Under the pieces are notes generated by a model, which was not told where the DNA came from, did not search any database, and worked only from the letters and a program-made list of their open reading frames with translations. Of a DNA stretch of 64,000 nt, positions 39,740-52,400 are shown piece after piece. The stretch's first letter is position 1, and each line of letters begins with the position of its first letter. A program made the translations under genes and the position numbers. The stretch comes from Chiloscyllium plagiosum (Eukaryota), in contig NC_057742.1 of NCBI RefSeq assembly GCF_004010195.1, positions 8,717,711 through 8,781,710 of the forward strand. Direction: 5' to 3'.

Positions 39740-42110
39740 GATGGGACTCTGTCAGGGACACTACCTACAGCACCGCACTCAAGGCCTTTGGGAAGAAACA
39801 GGGCAAGACAGGACTGGTTTGAAGCAAGCTCAAGTAAGCTCATGGCTGTCATCAAGGTAAAGCGTGTTGCACTGCTAGAGCACAAATGCAACCCTACCCA
39901 AGCAACCCTGCAAGCGCTAAGGACATCAAGAGGCAAGGGCCAGAGTACAGCCAGGTGCTGCACAAATTGTTACTGGCGACAAGTACGCAAAAGCATTCAG
40001 TCATTATTTGACACAAACAACATCCATGGAGTGTACGAGGGGATCAGGAAAACCATTGGTCCAACCGAGAGCAAGACAGCCCCACCGAAAACCATAACAG
40101 GCGAGACCATCAAAGACAAAGTCAAGCAGATGGAGAGATGGCTGGAGTATTACTCCAAACTCTACTCCAGAGAAAACAGCATCTCGGACAGCGTGCTGGA
40201 CGCAGTGGAATGCCTGCCAGTCATGGAGGAACTGGATGCATTGGTGATTGCCGAAGAGCTGAATAAAGCAAATTGACAACCTGCCTACTGGGTTCGAATG
40301 GTATTCCATCAGAGGCCATCAGGTGCGCAAAGGGCGTACTGCTAAACTACCTGCATGAACGACAGTGCCAGTGCTGGAAAGAAGGAATAGTGCTGCAAGA
40401 CAGAGAGACTGCAACTTTGTCACCCTAGATAAAATCAAAGGGGACAGAAGTGACCATAACAACTGCAGGGGAATCTCTTTGCTGAGCATCATTGGTAAGG
40501 TTTTCACCTGCATGGTCCTGAGCAGACTGCAGAAAATTGCCGCAAGGGTATATCCTGAGTCTCAGTGTGGCTTCAGGTCAGGATGCTTCACAATCGACAT
40601 GATCTTCTCCCTTCGACAGCTGCAAGAGAAATGCACAGAGCAACGACTCTATGTCACTGTAGGGTGTTGGTTTGTTCGCTGAGCTGTAGGTTTGATATCC
40701 AGACGTTTCATTACCTGGCTAGATAACATCATCAGTGGTGACCTCCAAGTGAAGCGAAGCTGTTGTCTCCTGCTTTCTATTTATATGTTTGTCCTGGATG
40801 GGGTTCCTGGGGTTTGTGGTATGTCATTTCCTGTTTATTTTCTGAGGGGTTGATCGATGATATCTAGATCTATGTGTTTGTTTATGGTGTTGTGTTTGGA
40901 GTGCCAGGCCTCTAGGAATTCTCTGGCATGTCTTTGCTTAGCCTGTCCCAGGATAGATGTGTTGCTGGAAAAGCGCAGCAGGTCAGGCAGCATCCAAGGA
41001 ACAGGAGAATCGACGTTTCGGGCATAAGCCCTTCTTCAGGAATTTGCTTAGCCTGTCCCAGGATAGATGTGTTGTCCCAGTCGAAATAGTGTTGATGTTA
41101 CCATCAACAACTACAAGCTGGATGTAGTCCATGAGTTTACATACCTTAGCTCCATCATCATGGACAATCTCTCCCAAAACTCTGCGATTAATAGATGGAT
41201 CAGACGAGCAGCTTCATCATTAGCTAGGCTGACAAAAAAAGTCTGGGAGAACAGAAAGCTGATGACGCACACCAAGGTTGCAGTCTACAGGGCTTGCGTT
41301 CTCAACATGCTGCTTTACGGCAGCAAGACCTGGAGCCTCTGCTCCAGACAAAAGCGACATTGCAACGCCTTCCACCTTCATAGCCTGAGACGCATCTTGG
41401 ACATCAAGTGGACTGACCAGGTCACCACCAGATTCCTCATTCTGCTCCAACAACACCGTCTCCGCTGGCTGGGCCTGGTCCACACCCAGACACCCAGCCT
41501 CTTCATCCTGCTCCAACAACACTGTCTCCACTGGCTGGGCCAAGTACACCACATGTCTGACGGGAGGATCCCAAAAGACGTGCTGTATAGGGAACTGGCC
41601 TCAGAGAGTATAAGGGTGGTCTTATCTTTGTTTCAAACATGTCTGCAAGAGAGACATGAAGTCACTGGGCATGAATGTCGAGAGGTGGGAAGACATTGCA
41701 AGCAATCGCTCTCGCTGGAGGCTGGTATTACACAGAGGTCTAACAAGAGGAGAGCAGAAGCTGAGGCTTGCTGCTGAAGAAGGGCTTATGCCTGAAACGT
41801 CGATTCTCCTGCTCCTTTGATGCTGCCTGACCTGCTGCGCTTTTCCAGCAACACATTTTTCAGCTCTGACCTTCAGCATCTGCAGTCCTCACTTTCTCCC
41901 GCTTGCTGCTGAAGACAAGCGCACCCACCGATCAAACAACACCAAGACAACACCGGAGGACAGCGCTGTCAAGTGTAGTCACTGCAGCCAAGACTGCCAA
42001 TCTCGTGTGGGCCTCTGCAGCCACAGCAGATGCTGCTCTACCAACAAAGACTGAAGCAAGACTTCCCAGGCACAGATCCATGCTCTAGCAAGACAAACAG
42101 TTGCCACTCA
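39740..42110 (+). mobile_element. RTE-clade LINE, decayed, with nested insertions
   Basis: RGISLLSIIGKVF...YPESQCGFR...IDMIFSLRQLQEKC; TKVAVYRACV..LLYGSKTW; RLRWLG. Confidence 0.85.
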
Positions 42111-42147
42111 TGATTGTATAAATTAAGGAATAAGAATGAATAGATTA

Positions 42148-42465
42148 GGCAGTTGCTCAGTGGTTAGCACTGCTGCCTCACACAACAGGTACCTGGGTTC
42201 GATTCCACCCTTGGACAACTGTCTGTATGGAGTTTGCACATTCTCCCTGTCTGTGTGGGTTTCCTCCGGGTGCTCCGGTTTCCTCCCACAATCCAAAGAT
42301 GTGCAGGTTAGGTGAATCGGCCATGCTAAATTGCCCATGGCGTTCAAGTATGTGTAGGTTAGGTGCATTAGTCAGGGGTAAATGTAGAGTGAATGGGTCT
42401 GGGTGGGACACTGTTTGGAGGATTGGTATGTACTTGTTGGGCCAAATGGCCTGTTTCCACACTGT
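42148..42465 (+). mobile_element. HE1/V-SINE
   Basis: Same core as the SINE at 7378. Confidence 0.85.
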
Positions 42466-43196
42466 TGTGATTTCTGTGAATGTAATTGTTACAGTCTGAC
42501 ACACTTATCAGAATTTTTTAAAAGAGAGTCAATGGATGTAAAAATTTTGGATTTTACAATACAGCACAGTAACAGTCCCTTCGCCCCCTCCCGCACCTCT
42601 TCCCCCCTCCCTCCCCAAAGCTTGCACCAATTCCTATTCCTTATTTAGACTCACTACTTATTGCCCATATGTGGTTTCTATCTGTCTGTTCACCTCCCAT
42701 TTATGTGTCTATTGAGGTACACCATAAATGTTGCATAGGTCCGTGCTTATTGAAATATATAAGATTCTTAGGGAACTTGACAGAGTAAATGTGGAAAGGT
42801 TGTTTTCCCTTGTAGGAGAGTCCTGGACAAGAAGGTATAAGGGATCTTTATGAAGAGAATTTCTTCTCTCAAAGAGTTGTGAATCTGTGGAGTTCTTTAC
42901 TGCAGAGACATGTAGAGGTTGGGATGCTAATATTAAATTAATAAGTTAATATTAATATTTTTTATTAATTTAAGGGAACCAAGGGTTTTGGGGAAAAACA
43001 GGAAAGTGCATTTGAGATTTATTGGATCAGTCATGATTTCATTGAACTGTGGAGCAAACTCAATGTACCGAATGGCCAACATCTGCACTGATATCTAATG
43101 CTCTCACAACGATGTCATTCTAACCCAGTTTATTGTTTCAGTTTCAATGTATAATTATAAATCAATTCATATTTTATGTTTGTAGATCTTTACGTC

Positions 43197-43410
43197 ATGT
43201 TTCACAAAGTAACTCAGAAAATCGTGAAAGAAATTGACCCTTATGGTAGCACATTGATTCCTGCCGTAAGTCCCTATTTTTCCGATGACTTCAAGCCCCT
43301 GTACATCATCAAGAGAAAGAAGAGAACTTTATTTTTCACAAAAGATAAATACATCCCGACATCCATCACACTGGCTGATATATTAAAGGATGGCAAAGAC
43401 TTAGACATTG
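43197..43410 (+). CDS. Gasdermin copy 2 coding exon 1
   Basis: Acceptor tgtag ending 43185, ATG at 43197, donor gtaact at 43411; 214 nt, phase 1. Confidence 0.9.
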
Positions 43411-46400
43411 GTAACTGATTTGCTTTTGACTCGTATTTCTCTGCACAAAGTGAAACAGCAGTAATTAGATAGATACTCTAAAGAAATATGAATTAAATCT
43501 CACTATTTATTAGGTTCACAAATGGACATGCCTGACTCCTTGTATAGAATATTAGCAGTATAAAGGGATGGTCAGGCTCTGATCTGAAGATCACTTCTGT
43601 TCTCTAGGTTCCTGACCTAGGGTCACAAGCTGGATAGTAGTTCCCAGTTTACTGGTTTCACAATGCTATTTCTTCCCTCTTTTATATGTTTTCCAGTTAC
43701 CATCTAGATTAGATTAGATTACAGTGTGGAAACAGGCCCTTCGGCCCAACAAGTAAGCTGGATAGTAGTTCCCAGTTTACTGGTTTCACAATGCTATTTC
43801 TTCCCTCTTTTATATGTTTTCCAGTTACCATCTACATAAGCTGTTTTTTTAAAGTCTGATTACCCCTTCTGTATGCTGGTTAATTTGATCAAGCAAAGCT
43901 GTGTTTTTACATTGGTGCCTTACTGTAATATTTTACTGTTTATTTCAGTTTTACTTTCTCAGAGAACTCTAGCTTGTCCCCAGTAGAATGGTGTTGCAGA
44001 ATGTTGGGCTCTCCATCATAAAGGGAGCTGGTGATGTCATTGGACCAGTAATCAACAACTTCAAGTTAATGTTCACAGAACATGCTTCAAATCTCATCAC
44101 TGTGGATGGTAAATGGTGGAATTTAGAGTGATAGAGTCATAGAATTGTATAGTATGGAAAGAGACCATTCAGTTCCACTCATCCATACAGACCAGATCTC
44201 CGAAATTAATCCAGCCCCATTTGCCAGCACATGGCCCATATCCCTCTAAACCCTTTATATTCATGTGTCCATCCAGATGACTTTTAAATGTAGTAAATGT
44301 ACCAGCCTCCTCCACCTCCTCTGGCAGCTCATTCCATATACACACCACCCTCCTGCGTGAAAAAGTTGCCCCTTACATCCTTTTAAATCTTCCCCCTCTC
44401 AACTTAAATTAATACCCTCTAGTTTTGGTTTAAAATTTGGAATTAAAACATAGTTAGCTTAGTGATGACCATGTAACCGCTGATTGTTGTAAAAGCCCAT
44501 TCAATTCACTTATGCCCTTTAGAATTAGAGTTAGGTTTCTCGTGATTCTTAACTGCCTTCTGGGCACTAAACGCTAACCTAGCCAGTGATGCCTACATTA
44601 GCACATTCTACAAATGAACACATTGGAATCAAGGCTCTCTATCTTTACCATTCAATTTGGGATAAGCCATTTAACTAGTGTTGCAGTATCACTGTTCCGA
44701 GTTATCATCACGATGCTGCGAAATAGCTCTTTCACCAAAACCCCTGACGAGGGGACTGGTAACACAGACACACAAATGTGAGAGAAAAATGAGCCAGTGA
44801 TGTGAATTCAAGAATTTTGTTTTGTGAAGAATTTATATCACTCCATCAAACTATCAATGTCTTGAAACAGAAGACTGAAGAAGTTGAGATGTAGGGCCAC
44901 AGCGGGAAAGATGGCACAGGGTCTAATGGCCTTCTGTGCACACAAACTCAATACAACACTTCACTTACTCTGGAAGAGTAGAAAGTACAGGGATCAAGTT
45001 AGAAAAGAAATAAGGAAATCAAAGAGAGGAAGTGAAAATATATTACAAAGCAAGATAAAGGAAAATCAAAAGATGTTTTATCAGTAGATAAAGAGCAAAA
45101 GGATAGTTAAGGAAAAAAATGGGACCTATCAGGGATGAAGAAGGAAACGTATGAAGATATAGAAGATATGGGAATAATTTTAAATTGTGTTTTCTCTCTG
45201 TATTTTCAAAGGAAAAGGATGATGTGGATACAGTAATGCAAGAGGAGCAGTGTGAAATATTGGACAAAATAATCATAACAAGAGAGGAAGTCATAGAGTC
45301 ATACAGCACAGAAACAGGCCCTATTTCTCCATGCCGACCAGACATCCCAATCTGATCTAGTCCCATTTGACAGCATCTGGCTCATATCCCTCTAAACCCT
45401 TCCTATTCATATACCCATCCAGATGCCTTTTAGATGTTGCACTTGTACCCACCTCCACTACTGGATTCCTCACAGTGGATAAGTTGCCAGGACCACATGG
45501 ATTGTTGCTGAAAATGTGTTGCTGGAAAAGCGCAGCAGGTCAGGCAGCATCCAAGGAACAGGAGAATCAACGTTTCGGGCATAAGCCCTTCTTCAGGAAT
45601 GGATCACATGGGAACAATCATATGGATTGTTCCCATGGATATTGAAGGTGGTTGGGGAGGGAATAGCAAATGCTCTGAGGATTATTTTCAAATCTTCACT
45701 AGACACAGCTAAAGGTCAGAGGAATGCAAACTTGGATCTATTGTATAAAAATGGTAAAGCAACAATGCCAGTGCATGGCTTTGTTAAGGGGAGGTCATGC
45801 CTTACAAATTTGATTGAATTCTTTGAGGAAGTGACAAGGATGATCATTGAGGGTTGTGCAGTGAATGTTATCTATTGGACTTTAGTGAGATATTTGACAA
45901 GGCCCCATATAGCAGACTAGTCCAAAAATGTAAAAGCCCATTGGATATAGGGTAATGCATTGAATTGGATCCAAAGTCGGCTTGGAATAGAATAGAATAT
46001 TCCTTAATTGCCAGTGACAGGAAACAAAGCATAATGGCCAATGGAATGAAAGCTGTTTCAAGTGGTGTTGGGACCCCTGCTGTATGTTTTATACATTAAT
46101 GATTTAGACTTGAACGTAGAGAATTGGGAAATTTGTAGATGGCACAAAAAATTGCTATGTAGTGGAGAGTGTAGAGGATAATCTCCAAATTGATATAGTT
46201 GGATGGGTGGAGTGGGTAGAGAATGGCATTTGGAGTTCAGTTCTGGTAAGTGTGAGGTAATGCATTTACCAAGATCAAAACAGTAAATGGGAATACACAA
46301 TACAGAGGAACCTCGATTATCCGAACAAGATAGGAGGGCACTATTTTGTTCGGATAATTGATTATTCGGTTAATTGATTTCCTCTGGATCTCAGACTCTG

Positions 46401-49400
46401 CTCCCCGTTCAGGAGACTAGGCAGCAGCACACTGCGCACAAGCCTCTGCCCCCTGCCCACCACAAACCCCCAATCCCATCTGCTCCCACATCCCACCCCC
46501 AACTGGGGCAGCCGGACTGGACATCAACAATCAGACTGCTGCTGCCTTTGTGGGGTAAGTCTCCAAATAGCGCACACGCACACACACACATTTTGACAGG
46601 TTCCACCTTTGCCCTGTACACGACAATGTTGGAGAGATTATCTGCCGAAGGGGGGTTCAGGGTACACCTCTGTCTAGAACTCCAGGGAAAGTGTGGGTGA
46701 AGAGAGAGAGAGAGAGGGCGGGAGGTCAGTAATTTGGAGACGGTGCCTGGACTGTCCAGGACTGTTCTCGGCAGCATTTCAGTGAGCCGAGTTCATTTTT
46801 AATCTTTGTACCTGTAAACAAAAGACACGATCAGGGTTGAAACAGCTCTTTGACGTAATGTTTCTATTGGGACCTCAGGATCTCCTTCGGATAATCCGAT
46901 ATTCGGATAATTGATATTTGGATAATCGATATTTGGATAATTGAGGTTCCTCTGTAAACAGGAATATAGTGAGGGGGTAGATAAAGTGAGAGATCTTGAC
47001 ATGCAAGTGCACAGCTCCCTAAAGGTAGCAGGACAAGTGGATTAAGTTGTAAAGAAGGCATATAGAATACTATCCCTTATTGGAAGAGGCATACAATACA
47101 AAAATAATAATATAATGATGAATCAGGACAGGACACCAGTGAGACCACAACTGGAATATTATGCAGTTCTGGTTATAACATTACAGGAAGGATGTAATTG
47201 CTTTGGAGAGAGTGAAGCAAATGGGTGGCACGGTGGCTCAGTGGTTAGTACTGCTGCCGCACAGCATCAGGGTCCTTGGTTCAATTCCCACCTGTCTGTG
47301 TGGAGTTTGTACATTCTCCCTGTGTCTATGCGGGTTTCCTTCGGGTGCTCCGGTTTCCTCCCACAATCCAAAGATGTGCAGGTCAGGTGAATTGGCGTCA
47401 GGTGAATTGGCCATGCTAAATTGCCCACAGTGTTAGGTGCGTTAGTCAGTGGTAAATATAGAGGAGGGGAGTGGGCTTCTCTTTGGAGGGGCGATGTGGA
47501 CTTGTTGGGCCGAAGGGCCTGTTTCCACACTGTAGAGAATCTAATCTAATCTAAACATTTGTTAGAATGTGACCAGGGCTAGAGAACTGTCGGTATGAGG
47601 AGAGATTTGGGAGGTTGGGATTGTTTCCTCGGAGCTGAAAAATGTGTTGCTGGAAAAGCGCAGCATGTCAGGCAGCATCAAAGGAGCAGGAGAATCGATG
47701 TTTCGGGCATAAGCCCTTCTTCATCCACTTTCTCCTAGTTGATTGTTTTCCTCGGAACAGAGGAGGCTGAGGGGTGACATGATTGAGGTATACAGAGTGT
47801 GCGGGGGAGAGATAAAGTAGACAGGAAGAACCTGTTTCCCTTGGTAGAGAGTTCAAAAACCAGGGGTTATCAATTCAAACTAAGTGGCAGAGGATTAGAG
47901 GGGAATGTGAGGAATTTGTTTTTGCTGAGGATGATGGGTGTCTGGAATTCACTTTTGGAGGTTGAGGCAGAGATCCTAAATTCTTTCAAAAAGTCCGTGG
48001 ACCTGCATCTGCTACTGGCCGTGTGCAGGACAATGGGATTAGAAAGGGCATCTGGGTGTCTTTGAGTCGGCATGAACAAAATGGGCCAAATAGCTTCTTT
48101 CTTCCTTTTTCTGATTCTAACCATTTCATGAATCTATGACAACACTCTCAGTGTTTCCTCCGATCTGCTGCTGTAGTGAAATTTGACGAGATCTAAATAT
48201 GAAGAGAATTCCTTTTCATTTCTCATCACTGAGCATCCAAGACAATATCATTACTAATCAATACAATCAGTGACAGTGCCAATAGAAGTACTTATCCCAT
48301 ATTTAGTTTGTTTTGTTATTCATTAGAGTTTACATGGATTTATTGAACATGCCAAAAGTCATTTTGATTTTAGACAACAGTGTAGAAAACACAATAAAAT
48401 GCATGTCATCCCTTCCAGTTCCATTTCTATTCATTAAATGGAGATAAAAATCAGGTAATGGGTGGTGAGCTGATTTTTACACAGCAGTATGAAGTCAAAA
48501 TTCTTCATTGAATTTGTTTCCATTAAATGTGCACCATCTGTCTCTGTCCTCCTGAGGGTGTTTAACTCTGTGCTGCAGGACAGTTGCTGGGGTTCCTCAA
48601 TCCTTCACTCAGGGCCATCTTCATGTAGAATTGATTGATTAATTTATTGTCACATGTACTGAAGTACGGTGAAAAACTTTGTTTACAAGCAGAATAAGAA
48701 GGTCAGAGCAAGCAAGGATGTACAGATGAAACGACGTAGACAGAGGCATACAGGTTACATTGCACAGGGCATGCACAAGACAAGATTAGGGGATTCAACC
48801 CAATGAAAGCGATGGGCCCGGACAGTGTCCCCAGCGGAGCACTCAGATCCTGTGTGGACCAACTGGTGAAGGTATTCACCAATATCTTCAACCTCTTCCT
48901 CCTACATATGCATCACTGTGATGACATATGCATCACTGACCAAAGGGGAAGGTGTGTCTGGGGGCTGTTAGGGCAGGCATCGCCTCGCCACTGGCATTCT
49001 GCTCAAACTGAGCACAGAAAGCATTGAGCACGCCAGGGAGGGAATAATCTTTGTCCACTGTCATGCTCTGCTCCATTTTGTATCCCGTGATGTTGTTTAG
49101 GCCTTGCCACAGGTCATGGGTCTGTTTGGTAGGTCGGGATCTCCACCTTGGTTTGGTGCTGTTTCTTGCCATCTCCAATGGCTTTGCAGAGGTCATATCT
49201 GGATTTCCTATTTTGGTCTGGATCATCTGACTTGAATGCTGCATGCCTGGTCTTCAACTGGGAGTGGACTTCAACCGGGAGTGAAGTTGCCAGCCACAAT
49301 GAATAGGACCTTGGGAAATTTCATCTCTGAAGTGTTTGTGATGGTGTAACTCATGTCTAGGGCATTCTTTGCATCCACATAGGGTGGTATGTAAGCTGCT

Positions 49401-52400
49401 GTCAGGATGGTGGAGGTGAACTCTCACGGTAGGTAGTAGGGACAGCATTTTACTGTAAGGTATTGTTGGTCCAGGGAGCAATGGCTTGCCAGGGTTGTTA
49501 CATACGCATACCATCAAGTATTGATCAGGAAACATACCCCACCACCTTTTGCCTTGTCCAAAGACCCTGTACAATCCATGTGATATATGGAGAACCCATC
49601 AACTTGGGAATGGCAGGGGTGAGCCAACTCTCCATGAAGCAGAGCACACGACAGTCTCTCAACTCCCTCTGGCAGGTATGTCTGGATCTGAGTTCATCCA
49701 TTTTGTTGTTGATAGCCTAGACATTTGCTCAGAGTATGCGGGAGAGTGGGGTCAATATCAAAAGAGACATTCCCAGATAACCATTATGTGAACATCCATA
49801 AGTGCACAATATCGGGGGAATGAGATAGAGAGAGAGATACAGAGAGACAGAATATTCATGCTTGATTTTTTTTTTTCTAGGATTGCAAAGCTCAAAGTTT
49901 TGCAACTATGGAGCTAGCATGTCCATTTCTGGCGGTGTGGATGCCAGTGTGTGTACTGTCGATGCAGGAATGCATGCATCAGGTGGCGTGGCTGAGATCA
50001 TATCTACTGTGGAAATGAAGAAGCGAGTAATCTCTGAAATGATGCTGCTTGAGGCTACTAAGGACAGGTACTTTTATCTCAAACCCAAATGAAGTAACTG
50101 GCACATGGAAACAAAGAGGGTTTTGTAATGGGGAATTTTTCCAGTTTGTCTCAACTTCAAACTCTGCTGGCTATCACAGAGCAATGTGCAATGACAGCCT
50201 TTTACAGACTCAAATAATGGATTTAGTTTTGAATTTGCCATCAATCTATATCCATTAATTTCACCAATATCAGGAAGTCTTGTCATCATTATTGGAATGT
50301 GTTTCACTTTGTAAACTATGTTTCTGTTATGCTGACTATTATTGTAATAACCTTAAACTTTAACCTTAACCTTAATTTGTTGATTTATATCAAAGTAGCC
50401 TTTGCGTTTCTGAATCTTTATAAGGGGCCATACTGCAATATTGTTCTGAGCATTTCATATAGGTACAAATTTTCCTGTTATTTTCCATAAAGTGTTCATA
50501 GTAGATATTTTTAATCAACCTGTTTCAGCATGTTGTAACATACCTGGCAATGTTAACATAACTGTCATGGTTTTCATGGGTTTTCTAAGGTTAAGTAAAA
50601 TCATCTCCTTTATGAATGTATCTTTTCTGAAGTATATAAATCCTCCTTTGTTTTCCTTCTATCTTTTCAGGAAGATTGACAGAGGACACCATTTTGTGAA
50701 ACAACTGCGTAACAATATTTTTTATATCATATTAGAGGTGGTGGAAACAGATAGACCATGTGACCTAAATAGCCTTTTCAAGGCACATGCAGGAGTGGAA
50801 GTCCCAACTAAGATAATGAAGGCGAGTATCATTTAACCTTATCACATAGTCATAACTAATATGTTTGCAATGTTAGTTCATATATGAACATAATGTGGTT
50901 GTAATTTTGAATTCATTATTGTTGAACATTAGGATAATGTGATCTGAAGCCATGAGTACAAATCTTATCATTGCAGTTGAGGAATTTATCTTCTGTTCAT
51001 TCAAAACTGAAGGAAAATAAGCTTGTGCCAGATTAGGTTGTCACATGATTTCTATAAAAATGTATTTGATTCCCAAAGGTTTTTTAGGAACAATTACCTG
51101 CTGTACCTGGCTGATTTGGCTTGTGTGTGACTGTAGAATATTAAACATAGAACATTACAGCGCAGTACAGGCCCTTCGGCCCTCGATGTTGCACTGACTT
51201 GTGGAACCAATCTGAAGCCCATCCAACCTATGCTATTCCATTCTCATCCATATATCTATCTAATGACCATTTAAATGCCCTTTAAAGTTGGTCAGTCTAC
51301 GACTGTTCCAAGCAGGCCATTATATGCCCCCTACAACTCTGAGTAAAGAAACTAACTCTGACATCCATCCCGTTCATCACTACCTGGCATGGCAACTGTA
51401 CCATTCAAGATCGGAGACGGTTACAGAGAGCGGTGAACTCGGCCCGGACAATCACAAAGCCAACCTCTCATCTATAGAATCCATCTACCAGTCCCGCTGC
51501 CAAGGAAAGGCCGCCAGCATTCTCAAAGATCCATACTACCCTGGCAATGTTTTTCTACAACTTACACCATTGGGGAGAAGGTACAGCAGCTTGAACACAC
51601 GCTCCAGCCAGTTTCGTAACAGTTTCTACCCTACTGTTGTTAGAATATTGAATGGACTCACAAACTCTTAACATTCACCTGTACCTGTGTTTTTGTTTTT
51701 GCCGCTGTTAATCTATTATTTACTAATCTATGCTACTTAACTCTGTGATCTGCCTTAATTGCTCGCAAGACAAAGCCTTAGTATGCATGACAATAAATTC
51801 AAATCCATTCAATTTAATTCAATTCCTATATGTACCACCTCACAATTTAAAGGTATGTCCCCTCGTGTTAGCCATCACCATCTGAGGAAAAATGCTCTCA
51901 CTGTCCACCCTATCTAACCCTCTTATTATCTTAGATGTCTCAATTAAGTTACCCCTCAATTTTCTTCTCACTAATGAAAACAGCCTCAATTCCTCAGCCT
52001 TTCCTCACAAGACCTTTCCTCCATACCAGGCATCATCCCAGTAAACCTCCTGAGAACTCTTTCCAAAACAACTACATCCCTTCTATAATGCAGTGACCAG
52101 CATTGTACACAATACTCCAAGTGCGGCCACACTAGAGTATTGTATGGCTGCAGCGTGACCTCACGGTTCTGAAACTCAATCCCTTCTACCAATAAAAGAT
52201 AGCAAACGTTATGCTTTCTTAACAACCCTATCAACCTGGGTGGCAACTTTGAGGGATCTATGTACATGGATACTGAGATCTCTCTATTCATCTACACTAC
52301 CAAGAATCATACCCATGATTTGGAGATGCCAGTGTTGGACTGGGGTGTACAAAGTTAAAAATCACACAACACCAGGTTATAGTCCAACAGGTTTAATTCG

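Larger units (their letters stand above)
44970..48100 (+). mobile_element. Decayed CR1 LINE with nested insertions
   Basis: HGFVKGRSCLTNLIEFFEEVT and RPQLEY motifs. Confidence 0.8.

Noticed and set aside
39315-39860. 181-aa Gly-rich ORF
   Set aside because: Low-complexity G-rich sequence running into the RTE LINE; no recognisable domain
43627-43835. ~80-bp direct repeat with a SINE tail as spacer, superficially CRISPR-like
   Set aside because: Only two units in eukaryotic intronic DNA; better explained as a duplication or haplotype artefact around a SINE end
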